In this document: piece by piece, positions 13,790 through 28,151 of the stretch
Position numbering within the stretch: the first letter of the stretch is position 1
Layout: the number at the start of each line of letters is the position of its first letter
Source: Eledone cirrhosa
Lineage: Eukaryota
Reading direction: 5' to 3'
DNA length: 64,000 nucleotides
NCBI GenBank assembly: GCA_964016885.1
Contig: OZ024742.1
Span: forward strand, 19,902,001 to 19,966,000
Made by a program: the position numbers and the translations under genes
The notes under the pieces: generated by a model
The model's input: the letters and a program-made list of their open reading frames with translations, nothing else
Told to the model about the DNA's origin: nothing
Database searches by the model: none

Positions 13790-14910
13790 ACAACTTCTCT
13801 CATCATACCCCCCTCTCTCTCAAATAACTTTAAAGGTTTACTCCTCTCTCTCTCTCTCTAACAACTTCTCTCATCACACCCCCTTTCTCTCTCTCTAACA
13901 ACTTCTCTCATCACACCCCCTCTCTCTCTCAAATAACTTTAAAGGTTTGCTCCCCTCTCTCTCTCTCTAACAACGTCTCTCATCACACCCCTCTCTCTCT
14001 CTCTAACAACTCTCATCACACTCCCCTCTCTCTCAAATAACTTTAAAGGTTTGCTCCTCTCTCTCTCTCTAACAACTTCTCTCATCACACCCCCTCTCTC
14101 TCTCTCTCAAATAACTTTAAAGGTTTGCTCCTCTCTCTCTCTCTACAACGTCTCTCATCACACCCCCTCTCTCTCTCTCTAACAACTTCTCTCATCACAC
14201 CCCCTCTCTCTCAAATAACTTTAAAGGTTTGCTCCTCTCTCTCTCTCTAACAACTTCTCTCATCACACCCCCTCTCTCTCTCTCTCAAATAACTTTAAAG
14301 GTTTGCTCCTCTCTCTCTCTCTCTACAACGTCTCTCATCACACCTCCTCTCTCTCAAATAACTTTAAAGGTTTGCTCCTCTCTCTCTCTCTACAACGTCT
14401 CTCATCACACCCCCTCTCTCTCAAATAACTTTAAAGGTTTGCTCCTCTCTCTCTCTCTCTACAACTTCTCTCCTCACACCCCCTCTCTCTCTCAAATAAC
14501 TTTAAAGGTTTGCTCCTCTTTCTCTAACAACTTCTCTCATCACACCCCCTCTCTCTCTCAAATAACTTTAAAGGTTTGCTCCTCTCTCTCTAACAACTTC
14601 TCTCATCACACCCTCTCTCTCTCTAATAACTTCTCTCATCACACCCTCTCTCTCTAACAACTTCTCTCATCACACGCCCTCTCTCTCTCTCTCAAATAAC
14701 TTTAAAGGTTTGCTCCTCTCTCTCTAACAACTTCTCTCATCACACCCTCTCTCTCTAACAACTTCTCTCATCACACCCCCTCTCTCTCTAACAATTTCTC
14801 TCATCACACCCTCTCTCTCTCTAACAACTTCTCTCATCACACCCTCTCTCTCTCTAACAACTTCTCTCATCACACACCCCTCTCTCTCTCAAATAACTTT
14901 AAAGGTTTAC
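13465..14910. repeat. Composite minisatellite of aacaacttctctcatcacacccc and caaataactttaaaggtttgctc modules linked by (CT)n
   Basis: Direct tandem repetition. Confidence 0.95.
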
Positions 14911-15296
14911 TGAACTGTATTAACCCTAACTATGATCTCTATCAGCCATTAGAGGAGATCTGGAGTCCATATTTGTATCCCAACTATTTCTTCTCCCTCT
15001 TTCCAACTTGTTTAAAACTCGTCATTTATATTTCTCTCTCTCTCTCTCCCAACATTTAACCTAACTCTCCTCTAACCTTTCACAACAATTTACAGCAGAA
15101 GTGATCGTCTCTTGCATTTAATGGCTTCTGATTTAGCACAAGGTCAACAACCGACATCAGTGCTATAATCTATCGATGCTGTAAGGATGAAAGGCAAAGC
15201 TAAGCTCGATGGGATTTGAACCTAGAACGTATAGGGCCGTAACTCTATGCCTCAAAGCATGTTGTCTGACGCTCTACCGATGATACTGCCAATCCA

Positions 15297-15327
15297 CAGT
15301 AACGACAACAGTAACAACAACAACAGC

Positions 15328-15358
<31 letters not shown>

Positions 15359-15490
15359 GCATCAAGAGCAACAACAGAAACAACAACAATAGTAACAACA
15401 ACAGCAGCAACAACAGTAACAACAACAGTAACAACAACAGTAACAACAACAACATTAACAACAACAGCAGTAACAAAAACAACAACTACG
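15297..15490. repeat. (CAA)n microsatellite
   Basis: Sequence. Confidence 0.95.
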
Positions 15491-15630
15491 AAACTCATTG
15501 AAACTGAATGACGAATGATTTCTTTAAGTTGGAATAAATTGTACAATTTGTCATTGTAAACAAAACAGTTGAGGACTCCTTATCTCTCCTTATCTCTCCT
15601 TATCTCTCTCTCTCTCGCTCTCTCTCTCTT

Positions 15631-15681
<51 letters not shown>

Positions 15682-15832
15682 TACACACGTCAACACACAC
15701 ACATATACACATATCCATACACACATTTACATTAGGTACGTAATAGACCGTACACGCACATCCTTGGGTGCGCAAACACATATACACGCGCACGCACACC
15801 GACACTCACACACACACACACACACGCACATA

Positions 15833-15957
<125 letters not shown>

Positions 15958-15960
15958 TAT

Positions 15961-16793
<833 letters not shown>

Positions 16794-16993
16794 GTATATA
16801 TATGTAGATAAATCTACCAAAAGTTTACAGTAGTGTCCAATCCGTATGAAGAACTCAATGTAATCCGGCTATCATGAAAAGAGAAGATGCATTCAAAAAC
16901 TATTTTCGGTGAAAAATAAACGGAAAACAGAGTCAAGATAAATTAATAAAATAATGAATAAACAAAGAAATAGTTCCTTATATTAAAAACATT

Positions 16994-17133
16994 CATCATT
17001 TTACGATCGTTTCTAGGATATATATGTGTTAGAGTTGGTATGCATATTCTATAGATCTATGTACAATATTTATACAAACTATCAGAGGGAATATACATAC
17101 CTACACATATATATGCTGTCTTCAGAAATGATA
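16994..17133 (-). ncRNA. Type I hammerhead ribozyme motif with a stem II of about 105 nt
   Basis: atcattt-CTGAAGA-[long hairpin]-GAAAC-GATC-GTA|aaatgat. Palindromic stem III. Confidence 0.7.
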
Positions 17134-17932
17134 TTTGTTTATTGAAAAAAACAAAGATTCAATACAATAGGTCTGTTTGGGAACAGGTTTTGAATTGACC
17201 AATAGAGAGATAGTGAGGGTCATGATAGTAATATATTAGTAGAAGAACCTTAAATTATGGGTAGAGGAAGGTAGATTTCAGTTTTGGATGGAAAAGAATA
17301 TTATGAATGAAGGATTATTTTAGGGAAGAAATAGGTCTTATGCTGACCTCAGAAATAATTTTATTTTTTCATTGAATAAAACCAACAAAGATCTAATATA
17401 TTCTGTCTGTTTGGTAAGAGGTTTAGAATTAACCAATAGAAAGTTAATAATTGGCCAAATGGTAAAATAGTAGTAATTGAAGCTTATTTTAGGGGTGAAA
17501 ATAGGTCAGGTGGTCAGTAAAAGTTATACAAGCAGTTGCTGTTATAAAATAGTAATGCCAATACAAATATCTAAGTTGACTAAAGTTTTAAGATAAGAAT
17601 GTTAGTGAAAAAAATACATCTATGAAAAGAATATAAATTAATTTAATTGATGGGTATATTTATATTGATAAAATTATACTAATACATATAGATATGATAA
17701 ATAAGAGTTAGATGCAGTTGAAAAGTGCTGTTAAAGATGAGGGGAAATTAAAAGAATATAAAAATAATATATATATATATATATATATACTTATACATAT
17801 ATATATATATACATATATATACACACATATATATCTATATATATATATATACACTTATATATATACATATATATACATATATATACACATACACACACAC
17901 ACATACACATATATATATATATACATATACAT

Positions 17933-17973
<41 letters not shown>

Positions 17974-18399
17974 GATATATACATGCATATATACATACAT
18001 ACACATACATATACACACACATATACACTTATATATACATATAATTATTGGGGGGGGGGGGATTAAATTTATTAGTGAGAAATAGTAAATATATATAGTT
18101 TTCAAGGAACATAGAGTCATAACCTGAAGTTAAAGCATTATATATGTTTATTTAATGGTATCAGTTTTAGGAAATGATATTTGTAAGAAGGAAAGCAAAA
18201 TTATGTAGTTCATCAGTAGTAGAATATTAATTATAGGTTAACTAAATTAAAAATAGTTTATATATTAATTTCAAAAGTGTATATTAATTAGGTTTATAAT
18301 TTTTAAAGCAGAATTATGTAGTTCATCAGTAGTAGAATATTAATTATAGGTTAACTAAATTAAAAATAATTCATAAATTAATTTCTAAAGTGTATATTA

Positions 18400-20056
18400 A
18401 TTAGGTTTATAATATTTAAAGGTTTTTCTCAGTTTATGATTACACGATATTATTAATTCCTGTCGCTTATTTAATAGGATATCCTTAGATTTCATTATTT
18501 CAAAAAGTTCTTGGGAACATAATCTACATTCATTTCTACTATTTTGATAAGGGGTGGCCCTTTTGAGCACACTCCAGGTCAGGTCATATTCTATATTCCT
18601 CTTTCTATAACTATTTATTATTTCAGCTAGAGATGTTGTATTAGCTAGTGCGGCATTTTAAAAACTATGTTTGTGGGTATTAAATCTTACCTTAAATTTG
18701 TTAGAGGTAGCTCCTATATATGAATAAATTGAGTCCTTAGTGTTAACTTTACATTTATATACTATGTTATTAACAAGGCAATTTCCTTTTAATGGACAGT
18801 TTGCCTTGTTTCTACAGTTACAACTTTTCGTGAATCCTGTATCTGAGGAGATATTATGGTTAGTTTGATGTACTGGTGGTATACTCATGGTTTTTTTTAC
18901 ATTTATATGCATTATAGGCACTTATATTTTGTTTTATGTTTTTGGTTGTTGGGTAGGAGAATTTAACCGTTGATCTATTTAAGGTTTGATGGTAATTGTG
19001 GTTTGGCGGGAAGTTTTTCTCTAGGATATTTAAGAACTTTTTAGGTATATTATCCTTAATTTGTAAATTAAATGGAGCATTGTACCAAGTAACTCGTCTA
19101 TTACGGTTTCGATGTTGTTTATTGTTTTTATAGGATGCATCCTGATGTTTATTAAGAGAATTATTGTTAATGACCTCACCACACACATTTTTAGTTAGAT
19201 TTATTGATTTAGGTGTTTTAGCTTGTTTATTAGGAGTTTTATTATTAACATTTATTAGAGTTGTAGGATGAGTAGTTTTTTGAGAGTTACTATACTGTAT
19301 ATTAGAAGAGTTAGAGAAATTTGGTTTTATGTTGGTGTTTTGGGGTATAGTGTGAGTGGCATTTAGGTGTGTATGTTTCATTTGGTGTTTGTTGGTAATA
19401 TTAGGTTGTATGTTTGTAGTGTTATTGGTAGAAGGTATATATACTAATCTATTTTTGTGACCACTTCTAGCTAGATCTTCATTATAAAAGGTCGCATTTT
19501 TATCAAATACATCTTGGTTAGACGAAAGGTTAGAAATTCTAAGTGATATATTATATGCAAGGTTTTTAAGGATAGATTTAGGGTGATTAGATTGTGAGTG
19601 TATGTAGTGTAAATTTTGGTTGGGTTTATGGTAAGGTTGGTAGATACCCGTAGATAAGTCTAATGTTATATCTAGGAAATTAACTACTTTACTTGTGTTT
19701 TCAAATGTAATATCTAGACTATAATAGTCTTTGAGGAAAGTTCTAATAAGCTTTTAATTTTTTCTATCTCTGAGAGGCTAAGGTTATTGGAAAGAAGAAG
19801 ACAGTCGTCACGATATAAACCACCTTTAAGGTGGGGAAAAAAAGCATTTATGTTAAAAAGAAGAAAGAGGCCCACAAGATCAGTAATTTGGGCAGAATCG
19901 CTTGAGCCCATAGTAATATCGAATAGATTACTATATGTGTTTCTGGTCCAGTATTCATTCTGAAATTCCAATAGTGTTAGTCTAGCATGTGTAATACTAT
20001 TAATGTCATCCAAAGTTAAGTTAGATCTATTTTTAGCAAATATCAAGGCTTTGTTC
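18400..20056 (-). pseudogene. Penelope-like RT-thumb-linker-GIY-YIG ORF remnant (possibly Naiad-type)
   Basis: [22 protein letters not shown]...GLYRDD; VTWYNAPF; CNCRNKANCPLKGNCL..IVY..YIGAT..R..H; CRLC..E..LLNKR. Frameshifts and an in-frame TAA at 18658. Confidence 0.9.
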
Positions 20057-20144
20057 ATGCATATATATATATGTATATATATATATATGTGTGTATGTGT
20101 GCGTGTGTATGTGTATATATATGTATATATATGTATATATATAA

Positions 20145-20210
<66 letters not shown>

Positions 20211-20880
20211 ATGTGTGTATATATATGTATATATATATATATGTATAAGTATATATATATATATATATATTATTTTTATATTCTTTTAATTTCCCCTCAT
20301 CTTTAACAGCACTTTTCAACTGCATCTAACTCTTATTTATCATATCTATATGTATTAGTATAATTTTATCAATATAAATATACCCATCAATTAAATTAAT
20401 TTATATTCTTTTCATAGATGTATTTTTTTCACTAACATTCTTATCTTAAAACTTTAGTCAACTTAGATATTTGTATTGGCATTACTATTTTATAACAGCA
20501 CCTGACCTATTTTCACCCCTAAAATAAGCTTCAATTACTACTATTTTACCATTTGGCCAATTATTAACTTTCTATTGGTTAATTCTAAACCTCTTACCAA
20601 ACAGACAGAATATATTAGATCTTTGTTGGTTTTATTCAATGAAAAAATAAAATTATTTCTGAGGTCAGCATAAGACCTATTTCTTCCCTAAAATAATCCT
20701 TCATTCATAATATTCTTTTCCATCCAAAACTGAAATCTATCTTCCTCTACCCATAATTTAAGGTTCTTCTACTACTATATTACTATCCTGACCCTCACTA
20801 TCTCTCTATTGGTCAATTCAAAACCTGTTCCCAAACAGACCTATTGTATTGAATCTTTGTTTTTTTCAATAAACAAATAT

Positions 20881-21020
20881 CATTATTTCTGAAGACAGCA
20901 TATATATGTGTAGGTATGTATATTCCCTCTGATAGTTTGTATAAATATTGTACATAGATCTATAGAATATGCATACCAACTCTAACACATATATATCCTA
21001 GAAACGATCGTAAAATGATG
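20881..21020 (+). ncRNA. Inverted copy of the long-stem-II hammerhead
   Basis: cattattt-CTGAAGA...GAAACGATCGTA|aaatgatg. Confidence 0.7.
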
Positions 21021-21071
21021 AATTTTTTTAAATATAAGGAACTGTTTCTTTGTTTATTCATTATTTTATTA

Positions 21072-21107
<36 letters not shown>

Positions 21108-21109
<2 letters not shown>

Positions 21110-21313
21110 CGAAGGAAACGTGGTAAGGAACCAGATGGACCATAACGCACCAAAGAACTCAAAACTTATGGTAGTAGAGTGGGTAATAGGAACGAGTAGG
21201 ACCCCGACGGCTGAGCTCAAGCCGTTTCGAGGGCTAATTCTGGACTAAAATCATTTTAGTCTAGAATTAGCCGTCGAAACGGCTTGAGCTCAGCTGTCGG
21301 GGTCCTACTCGTT

Positions 21314-21318
<5 letters not shown>
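21108..21318 (-). mobile_element. Family A fold-back mini-element, copy 3
   Basis: (TA)n flanks. Arms centred near 21252. Confidence 0.85.
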
Positions 21319-21399
<81 letters not shown>

Positions 21400-21400
21400 T

Positions 21401-21432
<32 letters not shown>

Positions 21433-21435
21433 GAT

Positions 21436-21479
<44 letters not shown>

Positions 21480-21499
21480 TATATATATATAATATATAT

Positions 21500-21683
<184 letters not shown>

Positions 21684-22487
21684 ATATATATATATATATA
21701 TATATAAATATAAATATAAATTAGCGAGAATCGTATTTCGGCTATTGGAAATTAGCGAAAAAACAACTTCCGAGATGTGTGGCAAGCGCTCCATAGTAGC
21801 CAGTGAACTAGAGCTACAATATAAGTTAAAAGGCCGAACACACTGAGACGATGGTTAAACCATTATCCGCACAGCCATAGAAACGACCAAGTAATTCGGG
21901 TCAAACAAATAAAATATGGTTGAAAATTATACCCGGACCCCTGGAAGGTTGGTAAAATCCAGCATTTGGGTTTCTGCAACTCCTAAATCAAATACTGTCT
22001 TCTTAGACAAATAATGTTAAGCTTTTGGTAAGATGATCGAACAAAGAAGTCACTTTCTCAACAGGCTTTAAGTTCAAGTACCAAGCGAAGGACTGGCCAT
22101 TATCAAAACCCACGTGGGGCTCGACAAAGGGGGCAACCCTTAGTTTTGGCGGATGAATTCAGTATGTGTGTTATTATTGCAAAATATATAGTGTAGGTAG
22201 TACGGTGTATCGATACGCAATAAACATTTTTCATATGTAAACGAAACTTCCTCATTTCTTTTATTATATATACCCCCGCCCCCCCTCCGCATTTATATAT
22301 ATATATATATATGATACTGAAATAGGACCGATATACCTTCGATAGTTTCCCCACTGACCCATTAAGTTAGTATCGTTAATATACCAACCAAAGTAAAGCA
22401 GAGTGTACACTAATACGTTTAATTGAAAGAAAAACGATTTCGTTTGGGTAGAAATATTCAGTTTCTGCCACTCCATATATATATATA

Positions 22488-22710
22488 TAGGAAAATGTTC
22501 AGGACCCCGACGACAGAGCTCAAGCCGTTTCGATGGCTATTTCTGGACACAGAAATAGCCGTCCAAACGGCTTGAGCTCTGCCGTCCAGAAATAGCCGTC
22601 GAAACGACTTGAGCTCTGCCGTCAGGGTCCTGAACATTTTCCTCTACTACCCAAAGTATCGAGTACTCTGGTGCGTTATGGTCCACCTGGTTCATTACCA
22701 CACTTCCTTC

Positions 22711-22713
<3 letters not shown>
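22488..22713 (+). mobile_element. Family A fold-back mini-element, copy 4 (opposite orientation, internal duplication)
   Basis: Reverse complement of family A. cagaaatagccgtc..gagctctgccgtc is duplicated. Confidence 0.85.
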
Positions 22714-23593
<880 letters not shown>

Positions 23594-23604
23594 TAGAGAG
23601 AGAA

Positions 23605-23713
<109 letters not shown>

Positions 23714-23822
23714 TTGGTACTCTGAAATAGCGATTGAATGTATGTATGGTATATTTTATAATATAAACATATTGTATATTATTTAATATACAATATGTAT
23801 ATATAAATAAATAAATAAATAA

Positions 23823-23852
<30 letters not shown>

Positions 23853-23857
<5 letters not shown>

Positions 23858-23981
23858 CCGTCGAAACGGCTTGAGCTCAGCCATCGGGGTCTTACCGGTT
23901 CCTATTACCCACTCTACTACGCCAAGTATTGAGTACTTTGGTGCGTTATGGTCCACCTGGTTCCTTACCACATTTCCTTCG

Positions 23982-23983
<2 letters not shown>
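23853..23983 (+). mobile_element. Family A element, copy 5 (no fold-back arm)
   Basis: Starts at ttagccgtcgaaac. (TA)n flanks. Confidence 0.85.
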
Positions 23984-24021
<38 letters not shown>

Positions 24022-24523
24022 CCAGCCAGAAACTCTCCTATATGAGAGAGACATGGTCACCCGACGATTCAACTTTCCTCTAATTGGGACAAAGCCGTCT
24101 AACCCATGCTAGCGTGGAAGATAGACGTTAATCGATGATGATGATGATATAATACTTTTACTTTTGTCTAGTTTCTCAGTCGTCTTTGGGTCTTCGGTTT
24201 CTCCTGTCAGCAGGACCACCAAATGGTCCTTGGTATCTAATAACTACGAATAAAAAAGGACAGTGGATACGATCAACGGAACAGCCTGTTTATGAAATTA
24301 ATGTGCAAGTGTCTGAGCATTCCACAGACATGCGTACCCGTAATGTAGTTCTCATGGAGATTCAGCGTGACACAGAATGTGACATGACTGGTCCCTATAA
24401 TTACAGGTACAACTTATTTTTGACAGCTGATGAACTGGAGCAATGTGAAATAAAGTGTCTTGGTCAAGGACACAACGCACTGCCGGGAATCGAACTCACA
24501 ACCTGTGAGTTCCATACTCTAAA

Positions 24524-25007
24524 CCAACGTTTCTCAGCCAGTGTTCCTCGGAAACCTAGGATCCTGTAAGAGGTCTTTAGGGGTTCAGCGAGAAACTGAT
24601 AAATAAACTAATGTTTTTGAGTAATAAAGGTATATAATAATTTTTATGCAGGGTTTCCCTGAGGTATGAAAACTATTTCAAAGGATCCACAAAGGGTAAA
24701 ATGGCTGAAAAACAGGACTGGATTTAATGAAGAGGGGGGGGGGGGGGGTAAGGAGGCATTTTTTGCCCCGGGCCCCCTTCAGCGACGGCAGTAGCAATTT
24801 ATTTGTGCCCTCAGCTGGGCTTTTTAGTATTAGAATGGTAAGAAGTTTGGGATTTAATACGTGTATGTAAAACTTTTCAATTCCAATTACTTTGATATGT
24901 AAAATTGGGGGTTTGCTGTGTGTTCTAATTTTTAGTGTATGAGGGACCTCCAAACCTGAAGTGCCCCGGCCCCCATGGTCTAAATCCAACACTGTTGAGG
25001 ACCGCTG
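24524..25007. mobile_element. hAT-like MITE containing a nested MITE (24713-24994)
   Basis: Outer termini caacgtttctcag / ttgaggaccgctg, inner termini caggactggattta / taaatccaacactg. The inner family also occurs at about 8003-8335. Confidence 0.55.
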
Positions 25008-25249
25008 CTTTAACCCATTAGCATTTAAACCGGCCATATCTGGTCAGAATTCTCTCACCTCTTTCTGTTCAAACTGGCTGTCACTGGCCACTCTTACTGA
25101 TGTTATGGTATTGTTCTCAAAATAAATAATATCAAAATCTCGTAGATTCGATATTATGTTAGATAATTATGTAAGATAAAGCCTTTACTGTGAAAATACA
25201 GTAGTGAATATAGAGTAAATGCAAAAGGGCTAGACAGTAAGCCACGCAC

Positions 25250-25337
25250 CTTCCCAGCTAAGAATAAAACAAGTAAATAAAATAGTCTTTCTATCTTATA
25301 ATCTGACAGTCCACTTTGAGGTAAAACCAGCTTCAAT
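25250..25337 (-). CDS. Putative internal host exon (LKLVLPQSGLSDYKIERLFYLLVLFLAGK)
   Basis: tttattcag acceptor, AAG|GTGCGT donor, single open frame, phase-compatible with 26567-26659. Confidence 0.4.
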
Positions 25338-26566
25338 CTGAATAAACATCTACGTAAAAGGAAAAATGTGGTGATATTTTTGGCCAGTACTTAGAAAATT
25401 TGACCGAAACGATGCTGTTTTAATTAACCTTTCATTCGGTACATTTTCCCATTGTTATTTTGAAGTGAATTAGTAAACAGATATCGTTGTTTGTCTTTCT
25501 TCTGATATGACATAAAACCTTATTTAGTTGACATCCTACACTTTACTGAGTCATGTTGAAAACTTCCATTACATCGACATAAACGTTTGTATTGTTTTGA
25601 CTCAACTAACATCCATTGGTTAGAGTCCTGGTATTGTACACACCACTTGACATTATTTTCCAAGATTATGACTTTATTTAAGGGTGACATCGAATGGATA
25701 ATATAGGATGGATAGACAGATAGACAGATAAATATATATATATATATGCAAAAGTTCTATTTAAAATTGTTAGGATACAACAAGTAAATATTTTTATAAC
25801 TGATATAAAGCACTCGACAAGTATTTGGAGTAGATATACGATATTAATAAATGGAAACTATATTTATAAAACCATATTTATTTCATTATACATATTTCAG
25901 GGATACCAAATTAAATTATAAATGAATCTTTCGTTCGCAAAATTGCGAATGAGGAAATGAAGTGGGGAAGGGGTGTTGTGTGGTAGATGGTAAGAGAGAA
26001 AGCCAGCCTGGAACGGTGTCAGTGGTATGGAAGGTGTTATGTAGAGTGTAGTAGTGTCGGAGTAGTATGAGTATAAGGATGTGAGCTTAAATATAAACAA
26101 AATTAGCGTTGTTGGCACCACCATCATCCTCCCCCTCTCTCTCCCTCTCCCCCTCCCCCTCTCTCTCTCACCTATACCATTCTCTTTCCAGCGCAACAAA
26201 CGTTTTACACGACACTGCCTCAGCACGAATATACGCCTGATTCTAGGAAAAAGTGTTACAGTTCACATATAAATACACCCACATATAGACGCCCCCACAA
26301 ACATACATATGGATCCTGTAAACACACACACACACACACATATTGGTATTTCCCCCGTGTTGTCACTGTGTACAAATCATGTGCTCTTACTTAATAGCTG
26401 ATTAAAATATTGTTTTATTACTTTTACTATGAAATCAGGGCATCCTAACGCAAATGACCATATTAATAGTTGACCACTGTAAATAATAATTCAAGAAACC
26501 GGGTTATGTACTCCTAAAGAGGGATACAAGTAGACAGAGGCGCCTGTGAGAAATCAAACATCTCAC

Positions 26567-26659
26567 GGACGCTGAGCGAGTTGGTTAACCACTGCGTTGA
26601 AGAGCCGCTGGTCACTAAATCCTTCTTTGTACAAGCTTGTATCCAGAATCATAAACAAA
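26567..26659 (-). CDS. Putative internal host exon (LFMILDTSLYKEGFSDQRLFNAVVNQLAQRP)
   Basis: cattag acceptor, CC|GTGAGA donor. Phase 2 joins the next exon as CCA. Confidence 0.4.
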
Positions 26660-26729
26660 CTAATGACATTAGAAACATTTGAAATTTGAAATGCGTGTAT
26701 CCCAACGCGAATGGACCACATTAATCTTC

Positions 26730-27175
26730 TTCTTCGTCCAATAATTCCTGTGACGGTCATGGGGGAAGAGTCCTCAAGCACCCTTTCCTGGGGGTCTTGT
26801 CTGGCTGGATCCCCAAGCGGGACAAACCGAGCTCATAGATGTTATCCAACCACTATGCTCGGGTTCTACCTCTGGTTCTCCTGCCTGTTGGTTTTGCCAC
26901 ATGTCCGTAATATAGGAGCTGTGATCTCTCAATTCGGAGAAGTAGCGGCTCTACCTGGAGCAACTCTCTGATCTCCGAGCTATGCACACTATCGAGTAAC
27001 GTTACCCCAAAGACCCTTCAGAGGAACTCCATTTCGGCTGCTTGTATTCGCGATCGTATTGTTTCAGCCATAGCACAAGATTCATAACCATAGGTAAGGG
27101 TTGGTACGACTACTGAATTGAAGATAACGTGTTTGGCCTTTACACCTACCTCCCTTCTTTTGATGACCGTAAACG
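26730..27175 (-). pseudogene. RTE-like LINE RT C-terminal fragment
   Basis: VVPTLTYGYES...RIQAAEMEFL...VEPLLLRIERSQLLYYGHV. Confidence 0.8.
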
Positions 27176-27195
27176 CTATTATAATTATCGATTAC

Positions 27196-27237
27196 TATAA
27201 ATATCCTAAATGTTGAGAAATTTCGGGTGAAGTACCT
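27196..27237 (-). CDS. Putative 42-nt host exon (GTSPEISQHLGYL)
   Basis: Strong acceptor tctgtcttcttcttgccgtctctag, TA|GTAATC donor, phase-compatible. Confidence 0.3.
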
Positions 27238-27397
27238 CTAGAGACGGCAAGAAGAAGACAGAGGCACATAGGAGGAATCGAACCCCACATTTCAATTAAA
27301 GTCTACATCATTTTACGGTTTTGTCAGGGCTCTGGTGTGTGTATGAGAGGTAGTTCTCTGTTGCCAAACTAATGAAAGACTGACAGCAACAGTTGAC

Positions 27398-28025
27398 TGA
27401 TAAAATGACAAGTCAGTCAATCATATTGGTGGCCTCCCCACAGCCACGGCTGACGGGGGACGGCAAGGGAGACGCGCTGGAGAAGCCATTCCAACTCGCG
27501 AGGCTCACACCTGCGGCTGGCCAGCTCAGCACCTATGGTGGCGAGTAGGGAGGTAGGCCCAGGGCCGAGGACACCAGAAGTCTCTACTGCTAGGGGTAGC
27601 CAGCTCAGTACCTATGGTGGCGAGTAGGGAGGTAGGCCCAGGGCCGAGGACACCAGAAGTCTCTACTGCTAGGGGTAGCCAGCTCAGCACCTATGGTGGC
27701 GAGTAGGGAGGTAGGCCCAGGGCCGAGGACACCAGAAGTCTCTACTGCTAGGGGTAGCCAGCTCAGTGCCTATGGTGGTGAGTAGGGAGGTAGCCCTATG
27801 GTCGAGGACACCAGAAGTCTCCACTGCTATAGGTAGCCAGCTCAGCGCCTATTGTGGTGAGTAGGGAGGTAGCCCTAGGGTCGAAGACACCAGAAGTCTC
27901 CACTGCTACAGGTAGCCAGCTCAGCGCCTATTGTGGTGAGTAGGGAGGTAGCCCAAGGGTCGAAGACACCAGAAGTCTCCACTGCCAAGGGTACAACCGC
28001 AAACCTTGTCGGAGAGCGATCGATA
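27398..28025 (-). mobile_element. CRE-like RLE 3' fragment with six tandem 79-bp units
   Basis: Units start at 27521, 27600, 27679, 27758, 27837 and 27916. Flanks match 7080-7335. Confidence 0.8.
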
Positions 28026-28151
28026 TTGTGAATTTATTTCCGTTCAACGTAAAGAGGATGTTTTGACAGTAAAGATATTTCTTATAAATAGAAAGCCGAA
28101 CCTAAAGGATGTCATTTTGGGAATGTAAACAATATGAAGCTCCATGAAGAG

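Larger units (their letters stand above)
16808..21077 (-). mobile_element. 5'-truncated Penelope-like element with an inverted duplication of about 1.05 kb of its 3' region
   Basis: RT and GIY-YIG remnants on the minus strand. Arms about 16939-17990 and 20056-21077. (TA)n at both ends. Confidence 0.9.
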
